Positions 8,866 through 17,558 of a DNA stretch of 64,000 nt are shown here, piece after piece. The notes under the pieces were generated by a model that worked only from the letters and a program-made list of their open reading frames with translations, did no database searches and was not told the DNA's origin. Every line of letters begins with the position of its first letter. The first letter of the stretch is position 1. Source of the stretch: Firmicutes bacterium UBA5449 (lineage in GTDB: Bacteria; Bacillota; SHA-98; UBA4971); NCBI GenBank assembly GCA_002424305.1, contig DIQZ01000035.1:162335-226334 (forward strand), in the 5' to 3' direction. The position numbers were made by a program, and so were the translations under genes.

Positions 8866-10215
8866 TCACTCTCCGGGTTTCAAGAAAGTATTGTCTTCTT
8901 TCAGAGCAGACGAACCCTTTCTCGCCATTTCCAGGAGCTGCTCAGCAAGAACTTCGATTTCCTCGCGTAATTTGAGGACGCAGTCTGTATCAACCGCTAA
9001 TCCCTGGACAATATCTTCAGCCAGGGCACGACAGTGAGGGCTACCACATGAACCGCAGTCGAGTCCCGGTAGTTCACTGACTACCTTCTCTATCATTTCA
9101 GCCTTGGTAATTGCCCGAGATACGTCTTGATCAAGTCTGAATGCAGGCACTGCCACGATATCGGGTTTTATCGTAAACTCACCGAGACGCTCCTTAAGGT
9201 TGAGAGCCTCTATGTGTTCTTTGGACAATTCCGGAAGCATCGTTGATTTATCCACAAGAGCCTCCAGATTCATCCGGGCGATAAACGGGTTCAACACCGT
9301 GAGAGCACCACCGACGCATCCACCTATACACGCTTGTGCCTCCACGAATTCTATGTGTGATAATTTACCCATCTCAAGTTGCTCCAAGACCTCTATAACA
9401 CTGTGAATTCCATCCACCACTAAGGATTTGGCGATCTTTGCGGCAAAGCGTTCACCACCTGAATACCCCCAGCCAATTCCTCTGGCTGATGCCTTTAGCC
9501 CGGGATAAGGGGGTGAAATCTCGGGAAGTCGCTTTGTGATCTCACCATAGGCCTCAGAAATAGATATAGCACCGTCTATCGAGAAAACCCCATGCTTGTT
9601 CGCTTCCCGGACCCAAGTTACTTTGGCGGGACACGGAGTAATAAAGAAAGCACCGATTCTCTCTTTTGGAATCATAAGCTCCTTGCTCTTTATCTCTTTG
9701 GCGAGCTTACCTGAGCACGCCATAGGCGAATCCACGGGAATCAAATGATCTATCAGCGCGGGGAAGCGCACCTGAATCAGCCTGACTACAGCGGGACACG
9801 CTGCTGAAATCATTGGTGCCTTGTTACTTGGCCTCTTGAGATACTCATTAGCCAAGAAAGTAGCGATATCTGCGCCGTACGCTACTTCAAAGACATCGTC
9901 AAATCCCATATCTATCAGCGCAGCCAGTACTTCTCTTCGGTCAACCTCTCTGCCGAACTGAGAATACAAGGCAGGCGCAGGCAACGCAATTACATAATCG
10001 AACTCTTTAAGTCTTGACAGTGAATCGGTGATTGCTGTCTTTGCATGATTATCACAGGTTCTGATACACTCGCCACAATCAGTACATCTTTCTGCATTGA
10101 TCCTAGCCTTGCCTTCTCTTACTCGAATAGCTTCAGTCGGGCAATTCTTAATACATCGAGTACACCCACGGCACTTTTCCTCAATCAGCAATACTGAGTG
10201 GAACAACTGACTCAT
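8866..10215 (-). CDS. Putative sensory [FeFe]-hydrogenase (HydS/HfsB-like): N-terminal 2x[4Fe-4S] ferredoxin domain, H-cluster domain, C-terminal 4-Cys motif
   Basis: 449 aa; CRGCTRCIKNCP and CTDCGECIRTC ferredoxin motifs; H-cluster-like motifs (ITPCPAKV; AQACIGGCVGG); C-terminal CGSCGSPHC; no PAS domain visible. Confidence 0.8.
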   Translation of the reverse strand: MSQLFHSVLLIEEKCRGCTRCIKNCPTEAIRVREGKARINAERCTDCGECIRTCDNHAKTAITDSLSRLKEFDYVIALPAPALYSQFGREVDRREVLAALIDMGFDDVFEVAYGADIATFLANEYLKRPSNKAPMISAACPAVVRLIQVRFPALIDHLIPVDSPMACSGKLAKEIKSKELMIPKERIGAFFITPCPAKVTWVREANKHGVFSIDGAISISEAYGEITKRLPEISPPYPGLKASARGIGWGYSGGERFAAKIAKSLVVDGIHSVIEVLEQLEMGKLSHIEFVEAQACIGGCVGGALTVLNPFIARMNLEALVDKSTMLPELSKEHIEALNLKERLGEFTIKPDIVAVPAFRLDQDVSRAITKAEMIEKVVSELPGLDCGSCGSPHCRALAEDIVQGLAVDTDCVLKLREEIEVLAEQLLEMARKGSSALKEDNTFLKPGE

Positions 10216-10217
10216 AG

Positions 10218-10649
10218 TCAGCTTCCTTCCTTCGCGGGCAGGTTTATCACTGCGATGATACTCGTTCCCGAACCCACTTGCGATTTGACCTCAAGCTCAT
10301 TTGAGTATCGCTTCATGTTAGGAAGGCCAAGACCTGCTCCAAATCCCATCTCCTTGATATCCTCCGGTGCTGTAGAGTACCCCACTTGCATTGCCAAGGT
10401 AATATCGGGAATACCGGGACCTTCATCATCAGCACGGATATTAACTCGTTCAGGTAATATGTCAATACGGATAGTACCACGATAGGCGTGTATCACTATG
10501 TTCATCTCTGCCTCATAGGCTACTATGCCAACACGCCTGGCAGTCTCAGCGTCTATGCCTATCTGACGGAGCGTCCTCTTGATCTTAGCTGCAGCCCCAC
10601 CGGCAGCCTGAAAATCCCTTCCGGCGACTCGATACTCAAGGCGCATCCT
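10218..10649 (-). CDS. Anti-sigma-regulatory-factor-like Ser/Thr protein kinase (RsbW/SpoIIAB family GHKL)
   Basis: Track ORF 10218..10817 is probably N-terminally over-extended; likely start at internal Met (MRLEYRVAGRDFQ...) giving about 143 aa; motifs EAEMNIVIHA, DEGPGIPD, GFGAGLGL. Confidence 0.65.
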   Translation of the reverse strand, partial: RMRLEYRVAGRDFQAAGGAAAKIKRTLRQIGIDAETARRVGIVAYEAEMNIVIHAYRGTIRIDILPERVNIRADDEGPGIPDITLAMQVGYSTAPEDIKEMGFGAGLGLPNMKRYSNELEVKSQVGSGTSIIAVINLPAKEGS

Positions 10650-11019
10650 GTGCTCCTCCGACAACACGCGGCCAATCACGCCAACCGGGCAAACCGGCTG
10701 TAAAAAGAAGGCCTGCTGACTCGTACAGAGGATAATGTGTGCACATAATAGGAAGGTCCAATTCCTTGCCCATATCAATAATGTCACCGGTAGGTCGCTT
10801 GCCACGCACGAAAACAATAGCGGCCAGATCTACCATTTCTGCTGCACGGATAATTTGAGGCGATACCAACCCGGTGAGGACAAGCATTCTCTCTTTAGTA
10901 AAAGCTAAAAGGTCGCTTATGAGATCACATCCACAGCCTGCCTCGACTTGAAGGTCCAGCTTATCCTCGCCTGTCAGAACTTCTGCATCAAGAATTCTGG
11001 CTACATCCCTTAGTCGCAC
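10636..11019 (-). CDS. DRTGG-domain protein
   Basis: 127 aa; first gene of the sensor cluster; stop overlaps start of kinase gene. Confidence 0.55.
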   Translation of the reverse strand: MRLRDVARILDAEVLTGEDKLDLQVEAGCGCDLISDLLAFTKERMLVLTGLVSPQIIRAAEMVDLAAIVFVRGKRPTGDIIDMGKELDLPIMCTHYPLYESAGLLFTAGLPGWRDWPRVVGGAQDAP

Positions 11020-11050
11020 TGGGCCTCAACCCTCCATCCAGAACCATAGT

Positions 11051-11698
11051 TCATCTCTGGATGACCACGGAGTATCCTTGTGCTTCAAGTTCTGAAGCAA
11101 GTGTATCAGCGTTGGCTCTGTTCTGGAAAGCGCCTACTTGAACCCTATACGGCGCCACCGTTGTGACATAAACAGGATATCCCGCTTCCTCCAGTTTATA
11201 CCCGAGCTCCTTGGCCTCACTTCGGTCATAAAACTGGCCGACCTGGACTCGGTAGAGTACGGACACCTCGGTGATCTCGCTGGACTCAGGTGCAATATCT
11301 GTCCTGTCCGGGGTGGCAGCGGGCACCTCGTACAGAGCGGAATCTTGCTCGTCCGATGACTGAGAAGAAACAGGAGGTATGGAAATCGCGCTACCTTGCA
11401 AGTCATTACTATCCAATCGATCCGACTCGGTTGTGCCAATCTGGCTGGTGCGCGGCGCCTGCAAGGATGACGCGCAATAACTTAAAACATACTTACCAAG
11501 CAAGACACCAAGTCCTACCATGGCTGCCAGCGTCACGACCCATACCAGTGCAAGCCATAAAGATCGCTCCTTAGACCTACCTTTTCGCTCCGGCATCCTG
11601 CACCCCTCCTTAACATAAATCTGTCTAAGTATGGCGCCGGTATTCTGCGCCACCTGCTTTTTCCGCCGCTCCCATAGCTGCGGGGAGAACTCATACAT
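11051..11698 (-). CDS. SPOR-domain membrane protein (one TM helix, Ser/Asp-rich linker, tandem SPOR repeats)
   Basis: 215 aa; TM segment LWLALVWVVTLAAMVGLGVLLG; C-terminal repeats YRVQVGQFYDRSEAKELGYKLEEAGYPVYV and YRVQVGAFQNRANADTLASELEAQGYSVVI. Confidence 0.7.
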   Translation of the reverse strand: MYEFSPQLWERRKKQVAQNTGAILRQIYVKEGCRMPERKGRSKERSLWLALVWVVTLAAMVGLGVLLGKYVLSYCASSLQAPRTSQIGTTESDRLDSNDLQGSAISIPPVSSQSSDEQDSALYEVPAATPDRTDIAPESSEITEVSVLYRVQVGQFYDRSEAKELGYKLEEAGYPVYVTTVAPYRVQVGAFQNRANADTLASELEAQGYSVVIQR

Positions 11699-11771
11699 TA
11701 GAAAGCAGCGAAGTTCATGGAAACCTACTGAGTAATATTACCCCGCATAATACCGCTTTCCTCCTAACCCC

Positions 11772-13781
11772 TTAAGAGATTCGCTCCCATGGAGGACACA
11801 TATGAAGATCAAGTTTCACCAGCCTGGTCCCAAGTGAATTGCTGATACTTCCTGCTACGTCATGGTCAGCGCATGCAAATACTAAAGGAAGATCCAGTTC
11901 CCTGCCTAGAGATTCAGAAACCTTGATTCCTCGTAGCACATCATCTGCTGTGGTCTCTTTGCCCAGGTGAGTATTGCTTACTATCCCTGTAACAGAGAGT
12001 TGCGACATAGTCTCAATTGATTCAAGCATCTCCCTGGCGCTGTCTACATCCTGAGTAAAAGGACGATTCGTGTTTAGGACAAAAAACATATCGTAACCTG
12101 AGGCCTGAAACTGCCGTCTGAATCCGCTAAGCGCCCTGGCGCCCACCGGATCGCCCCCTACATCAAATACCACTCCCAATGTAGGTTCGTGAAAAGCCCG
12201 AAGAACAGTAGCGGAAATTGAAGGCAAGTCAGCAGCCTCCAAACCCGGGTTGGATGAAATCACGTCTATCCCAAGATCTTTTAGGGCTGAAGCAGCTTCT
12301 CGAGACCTGAAGTAAGGATTCACGATATCAAAGTCACAAATGGCCACCTCTTTCCCTCGCGAGCGCAAGAGTTTGGCATAATTCAGCGCAACCTCAGTCT
12401 TGCCGGACCCATATGCGCCGACAAATATCACTATCCTGCGACTCATAGGGAATTCTCCTGCTGTTTGAAGAAGGTGCTTGCGCACATTGCCCACAAGGTA
12501 GATAGACCCACAAACCACAAGCGCACCGTCTCTGCCCACACGCTCCAATCCTCTGTCTACAGCCTGGAACGGGTCTCCGACAGTTTCAGCCTGAAGTCCT
12601 TCTTTCAGGGCAAGCTCTGCAAGATCCTTCGGTTCTAACACACCGGTTCTTGACGACAAAGCTTGAGTAGCAATGAAAGTATGGGCAAATTTTGAGATCT
12701 CTGATACCATCTTATCCCCTGGTTTATCGCGGGATATACCGACAACCGCTGTAACGGGCCGTCCGTCTGTTATCTCAGGAATCGCCTCCGCCAGTTTCCG
12801 AATACCGCCTTCATTGTGGGCACCGTCAATTACAACCAATGGCTCTCTCTGCAACACTTCAAGCCTTCCGGGCCATGAGACAAGCTGAAGACCGGCTTTG
12901 AGCGCCGGCTCTCCTATGTCTACGCCAAGTTGACGCAGAGCCTCTATTACACCTACCGCAATAGATGCATTCTCTACCTGGTGTGCGCCAACAAGAGGGA
13001 TCTCTAGGGAGTCATAGACATGGGTTCCGACTCTGACTGAAAAGGACTGGCCCTCCATTGACCAAGATTTTCTTCGGCAATCTATGTCTCTCCCGAACAC
13101 CACGGCCTGAGCATCTTTCTCTCTTGCTATTTCCTCTATCACTGTAAGCACAGAGCTATCCTGACGTCCTATCACAACGGGCACACCTTGTTTGATAATC
13201 CCAGCCTTTTCTCCCGCAATTGCTTCAAGCGTGTTTCCCAGTATTCCGGTATGTTCCATGCTGATGTTAGTTATCGCTGAGACCTTCGGCATTACTATAT
13301 TGGTTGAGTCCAGTCTGCCACCAAGCCCAACTTCAACAACAGCGAAATCCACCTTCTCATAGGCAAAGTTGAGAAAAGCCATAGCTGTTCCCATTTCGAA
13401 CTCAGTTGGAGGACCCAATGCAGGATCCTCCGCAATTTTCTCGAAAATAGGTTCTAATTCTGTCATTAGCCCGGCAAATCTTTCTTTGGAGATTGGACGC
13501 CCGCCAACCCGTATTCGCTCAGTGTAAGATGAAAGATGTGGAGATGTAAAAAGGCCTACATGAAAGCCACAAGCTCTGAGTATGGACTCGATCATAGCAG
13601 CAACTGACCCTTTCCCATTGGTACCTGCCACATGTACTATGGGAAAACTCTGCTCAGGCTTACCTGTTTCACGCGACAGGGCAAGACTGCGCTCGAGCCC
13701 TACGTGTATCCCAAACTTGCCGAGTTCCTGTAGGAAGGCTATCGCATCCTCGAAATTCATTCTGTCACTCCCTGAGCTCAC
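11772..13781 (-). CDS. folC: Folylpolyglutamate synthase/dihydrofolate synthase (FolC) fused in frame to a C-terminal P-loop NTPase domain of unknown function
   Basis: 669 aa continuous ORF; residues 1-about 425 are FolC (Mur-ligase fold, ends ...VVCGSIYLVGNVRKHLL); then about 245 aa with Walker A FVGAYGSGKTE and Walker B-like VVFDVGGD; conserved valS-folC linkage. Confidence 0.8.
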   Translation of the reverse strand: MSSGSDRMNFEDAIAFLQELGKFGIHVGLERSLALSRETGKPEQSFPIVHVAGTNGKGSVAAMIESILRACGFHVGLFTSPHLSSYTERIRVGGRPISKERFAGLMTELEPIFEKIAEDPALGPPTEFEMGTAMAFLNFAYEKVDFAVVEVGLGGRLDSTNIVMPKVSAITNISMEHTGILGNTLEAIAGEKAGIIKQGVPVVIGRQDSSVLTVIEEIAREKDAQAVVFGRDIDCRRKSWSMEGQSFSVRVGTHVYDSLEIPLVGAHQVENASIAVGVIEALRQLGVDIGEPALKAGLQLVSWPGRLEVLQREPLVVIDGAHNEGGIRKLAEAIPEITDGRPVTAVVGISRDKPGDKMVSEISKFAHTFIATQALSSRTGVLEPKDLAELALKEGLQAETVGDPFQAVDRGLERVGRDGALVVCGSIYLVGNVRKHLLQTAGEFPMSRRIVIFVGAYGSGKTEVALNYAKLLRSRGKEVAICDFDIVNPYFRSREAASALKDLGIDVISSNPGLEAADLPSISATVLRAFHEPTLGVVFDVGGDPVGARALSGFRRQFQASGYDMFFVLNTNRPFTQDVDSAREMLESIETMSQLSVTGIVSNTHLGKETTADDVLRGIKVSESLGRELDLPLVFACADHDVAGSISNSLGTRLVKLDLHMCPPWERIS

Positions 13782-16485
13782 CTAATCGTTTTACGAGCCT
13801 TTCCTCTTTTTCCTCGAATTCCGCCAGCTTTCCCCTTTCTTTCTCCACAATGTCTTCGGCTGCTTTTTCGAGGAACCCCTTATTGCTGAGCTTCTTCCGG
13901 GATCTGGAAGCTGCTGTTCGCGTCGCATCCAAATCTTTTTCTAATTTCTGAATTTCAACATCAAGGTCAACAATTCCTACAAGCGGTACATATATTTCAG
14001 CACCGGATATGATTTGAGAAACCGCTTTCTCCGGTCGGATGTCCAGTCTCTCTTTTACCGTCATTCCACTAAGTCCGGAAAGCCCCATTACAAGCTCTCT
14101 ATTAGTCTCGATTATCGTGCCGGTCACACTGTCAGCCACGATGATGGCTTCAATTTTCTTATTCGGGGGCACATTCATCTCTGAACGGATGTTCCTAATG
14201 GCCCTGATCGCTTCCATCAGGATAGCCATAGCGTCTTCAGCTTCAGGATCATCCACACCGTTGTCATAGACAGGCCACTCTGAGATCATGATGCTTCCTT
14301 CAGTTTCCGGTAATAGTCCCCATATGGTCTCAGTAATGAAGGGGATGAACGGGTGGAGAAGTCTTATGACTTTTCCAAGAGTCTCCCACAAAACGTATTG
14401 GGCTGTCTTTCTAGCTCTTGCATCTTCTGAATACAGCCTTGCTTTCACAATTTCAATGTACCAGTCGCAGAATTCATCCCATGTGAAATTATATAGAGCT
14501 CGAGCAGCTTCACCTATTTCATAGTCTTCAAGGTACATAGAGACTTCACGACATATCTTGTTTGTCCTGCTTCTCATCCACCTGTCTGCCAACAGTAAAT
14601 CCAGATCAGGATCCATGGCACAAGCATTACCGGAGGCACATGAGACAAGGTCAAAATCATCCAGATTCATGATGGTGAATCTAGATGCATTCCATAGCTT
14701 GTTTGCAAAATTTCTACTGGCTTCAAGCCTCTCTTGTCTGAATCTCATATCATTACCCGGGGTATTACCCATAACCAGTGTGAACCTGAGCACATCTGCG
14801 CCGTATTCGTCAACTACCTCAAGGGGATCCACACCGGTACCAAGAGATTTGCTCATTTTCTTCCCGCTTGATGCCCTTACCAATCCATGAATTAGCACGT
14901 CATGAAATGGCACATCGCCCATGAACTCAAGGCCCATCACTATCATCCTGGCTACCCAGAAGAAGATAATATCATAGGCGGTCACTAAGACAGAGGTAGG
15001 ATATAAGTGTTTAAGCTCAGGCATTTCATCAGGCCATCCCAATGTGGAAAACGGCCAAAGAGCAGAAGAAAACCATGTATCCAATACATCCGGATCCTGG
15101 GTTAAGGTATCTCCTCCACACTTCATGCATTTATCGGGAGACTCTTCAGCCACAATCATTTCGCCACACTCGTCACAGTACCACACCGGAATTCTATGGC
15201 CCCACCATAATTGTCTTGATATGCACCAATCATGGACGTTTTCCATCCAATTGAGGTAGATCTTGCGGAATCTCTCCGGCACAAATCTAACTTTGCCTTC
15301 TTCAACTGCCTTAATTGCAGGGTCAGCAAGGGGCTTCATTTTTACGAACCATTGCTTCGACACCATAGGCTCCACAGAGGCATGACACCTTTGGCAATGT
15401 CCCACAGAATGAGCTCGCTCTTCAGTCTTAACCAGGCAACCTAAGTCTTGGAGCTCAGATACCACTGCCTCCCGACATCGGTATCTATCCATACCCTGGT
15501 ATCTCCCGGCTTCCTCAGTCATCAGACCGTCCTCACCGATGACTTTAACCATAGGCAAAGCATGCCTAAGCCCAATTTCAAAGTCATTCGGGTCATGGGC
15601 GGGAGTAACCTTAACTGCCCCTGTCCCGAATTCGGGATCTGCCCATTCATCAGCAATAATCGGTATTTCCCTATTCATGATGGGAAGAACCACAGACTTC
15701 CCTATGACGTCTTCATACCGCTCATCATCAGGGCTCACGGCAATTGCCGTATCTCCTAACATCGTCTCAGGGCGTGTTGTCGCCACCTGCACATATCCCT
15801 TTCCGTCAGACAAGGGGTAATTGATGTAGTAGAAGGCTCCTTCAACCTCTTCATGTTCCACTTCAAGGTCTGACAAGGACGTATGACATCTCGGGCACCA
15901 GTTCACAATGTAGGCGCCTCTGTATATCAGTCCCTTCTCGTATAGACTTACAAATACCTTGCGAACAGCTTTGGTGAGGCCTTCGTCCATTGTGAACCTT
16001 TCTCTGTCCCAATCACACGACGCGCCGAGCCTTTCAAGTTGGTTTCTAATGGCGCCACCGTATTTGTGTTTCCATTCCCATACGCGTTCTATGAACTCTT
16101 CCCGTCCTAAATCATGCCTGGTGAGACCTTCCTCGGAAAGAGCAGCCTCAACTTTCACCTGTGTGGCAATACCTGCATGGTCTGTTCCGGGAATCCATAT
16201 AGCGTTCTCCCCAAGCATCCTGTGCCATCTTATCAAAATATCTTGGAGGGTATTATCCAGAGCATGCCCTATGTGTAACGCCCCGGTAACATTCGGAGGC
16301 GGAATTACTATGCAAAAAGGCTTTCTGGAAGAATCGACCTCTTGATGAAAAAGCCCTGCATTAACCCATTTCTCATAAATCTTGTCTTCTGATTCCAGAG
16401 GTTCATAGACAGTCGGCATCACATCAGGCTTCTTTGGAGCAATGTTTGCCGGATCTTTCATAGCCACTAGGCTTCCTCCCTTCAC
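13765..16485 (-). CDS. valS: Valine--tRNA ligase
   Basis: 906 aa; HIGH (HIGHALD) and KMSKS motifs, editing domain, C-terminal coiled coil. Confidence 0.95.
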   Translation of the reverse strand: MKGGSLVAMKDPANIAPKKPDVMPTVYEPLESEDKIYEKWVNAGLFHQEVDSSRKPFCIVIPPPNVTGALHIGHALDNTLQDILIRWHRMLGENAIWIPGTDHAGIATQVKVEAALSEEGLTRHDLGREEFIERVWEWKHKYGGAIRNQLERLGASCDWDRERFTMDEGLTKAVRKVFVSLYEKGLIYRGAYIVNWCPRCHTSLSDLEVEHEEVEGAFYYINYPLSDGKGYVQVATTRPETMLGDTAIAVSPDDERYEDVIGKSVVLPIMNREIPIIADEWADPEFGTGAVKVTPAHDPNDFEIGLRHALPMVKVIGEDGLMTEEAGRYQGMDRYRCREAVVSELQDLGCLVKTEERAHSVGHCQRCHASVEPMVSKQWFVKMKPLADPAIKAVEEGKVRFVPERFRKIYLNWMENVHDWCISRQLWWGHRIPVWYCDECGEMIVAEESPDKCMKCGGDTLTQDPDVLDTWFSSALWPFSTLGWPDEMPELKHLYPTSVLVTAYDIIFFWVARMIVMGLEFMGDVPFHDVLIHGLVRASSGKKMSKSLGTGVDPLEVVDEYGADVLRFTLVMGNTPGNDMRFRQERLEASRNFANKLWNASRFTIMNLDDFDLVSCASGNACAMDPDLDLLLADRWMRSRTNKICREVSMYLEDYEIGEAARALYNFTWDEFCDWYIEIVKARLYSEDARARKTAQYVLWETLGKVIRLLHPFIPFITETIWGLLPETEGSIMISEWPVYDNGVDDPEAEDAMAILMEAIRAIRNIRSEMNVPPNKKIEAIIVADSVTGTIIETNRELVMGLSGLSGMTVKERLDIRPEKAVSQIISGAEIYVPLVGIVDLDVEIQKLEKDLDATRTAASRSRKKLSNKGFLEKAAEDIVEKERGKLAEFEEKEERLVKRLGELRE

Positions 16486-16800
16486 ACCAATCCTTTTTGA
16501 AGATCATAAAGGCCCCTTCCACCACATCAAGGGCGAAAGGAGCCTTCTTCCGCGGTACCACCTTGTTTCTCGCAGGTTGGCACAATATCTTTGGAGCCAT
16601 ACCCGGCGAACACTCACTTAGCTGTAACGGGCCACCCGTCAATCTCTACTGAAGACACATCGTAACCGACTGTATCTTGTTGGATGTTGACACTCAGAAG
16701 CGACCTTCAGATGCGCCAATCCCAGGAAGCTTCCACCTTAATTGGCTTCCCTCTCTTTGGGCAGCATCACCCTACTCCTCTTCATCATCGATAATGTATC
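16486..16800 (-). ncRNA. T-box riboswitch leader of valS
   Basis: Reverse strand contains AGAGA/GA-motif region and the canonical T-box sequence AACAAGGTGGTACCGCGG (plus-strand CCGCGGTACCACC near 16549-16561) followed by a terminator-like hairpin and U-rich tract before the valS RBS. Confidence 0.7.
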
Positions 16801-16812
16801 TGATTGTGGATA

Positions 16813-16841
16813 TGATACCTTAGACCATGTTATACGTCAAG
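16813..16841 (-). promoter_or_regulatory. Putative sigma-A promoter for valS leader (TTGACG-17-TATCAT on reverse strand)
   Basis: Read from sequence; spacing 17 nt; located about 40 nt upstream of the T-box leader start. Confidence 0.4.
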
Positions 16842-16867
16842 TGTACTCTCTATAAGTGTACTCTCTG
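16841..16867. repeat. Tandem direct repeat 2 x AGTGTACTCTCT (3-bp spacer) abutting the valS promoter -35
   Basis: Seen directly: agtgtactctct-ata-agtgtactctct. Confidence 0.6.
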
Positions 16868-16899
16868 TAAGCCATTTGCGTTATTCCGTCTGTGTCGCC

Positions 16900-17550
16900 C
16901 TATTTTATGTGCGTAACAATATCCTTATACATCTTGATTCTGGCAGCCAAGCCTTCCAGGCTTCCCATTTTCTCCTCTTTGAGGATCTGAGATACTCCAT
17001 GGAATTCAACCCGCTTAACCTTGGCGTGGAGCTTCTCCAGGTGCCTATTAAGCATAACCTCGACTCCATACCCTGAATCCTCAATACTGGGAAGGGTCGC
17101 GAGCAATGACGCTTTTACCGCACGCTGACCGGAGAGTCCGGGGGTCATCTTGTGGGCAAAATCGGTTGTAGGCCTACCCCCTCCAAAAACCCCTAAAGTT
17201 GCATCTGCCTCATCTTCCACAACCGGACGAATCAGGTTGTCGACATGCTGAGGCGTCAACCCTACTAAGTCTGCGTCAATGAACACATAGACGTCAGCCT
17301 CTGTAGAACATACACCTGCCTTCATGGCAGCTCCTTTTCCCGAGTTCTGTTGGAGCTCTATGACACGGACTCCCTCAGAACGTGCTATCTCAGCCGTATC
17401 ATCTGTAGACCCATCGCTTACTACAATGATTTCAGAAGGTAGATCTGCGTCTTTTACAGCAGAAATTACTTTGTCTATGCGAGCGCCTTCATTATAGGCA
17501 GGTATTATCACAGATACTTTCACTTCGACCCATCTCCCTAAAAAACTCAA
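16900..17550 (-). CDS. Family 2 glycosyltransferase (DPM/DPG-synthase-like)
   Basis: 216 aa; VSVIIPAYNE ... VVSDGSTDDT ... DAD motifs of GT-A fold GT2. Confidence 0.7.
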   Translation of the reverse strand: MSFLGRWVEVKVSVIIPAYNEGARIDKVISAVKDADLPSEIIVVSDGSTDDTAEIARSEGVRVIELQQNSGKGAAMKAGVCSTEADVYVFIDADLVGLTPQHVDNLIRPVVEDEADATLGVFGGGRPTTDFAHKMTPGLSGQRAVKASLLATLPSIEDSGYGVEVMLNRHLEKLHAKVKRVEFHGVSQILKEEKMGSLEGLAARIKMYKDIVTHIK

Positions 17551-17558
17551 AAGGATTT

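Noticed and set aside
16424-16642. 72-aa ORF inside the valS leader
   Set aside because: Overlaps the T-box antiterminator/terminator. It is the leader RNA, not coding.
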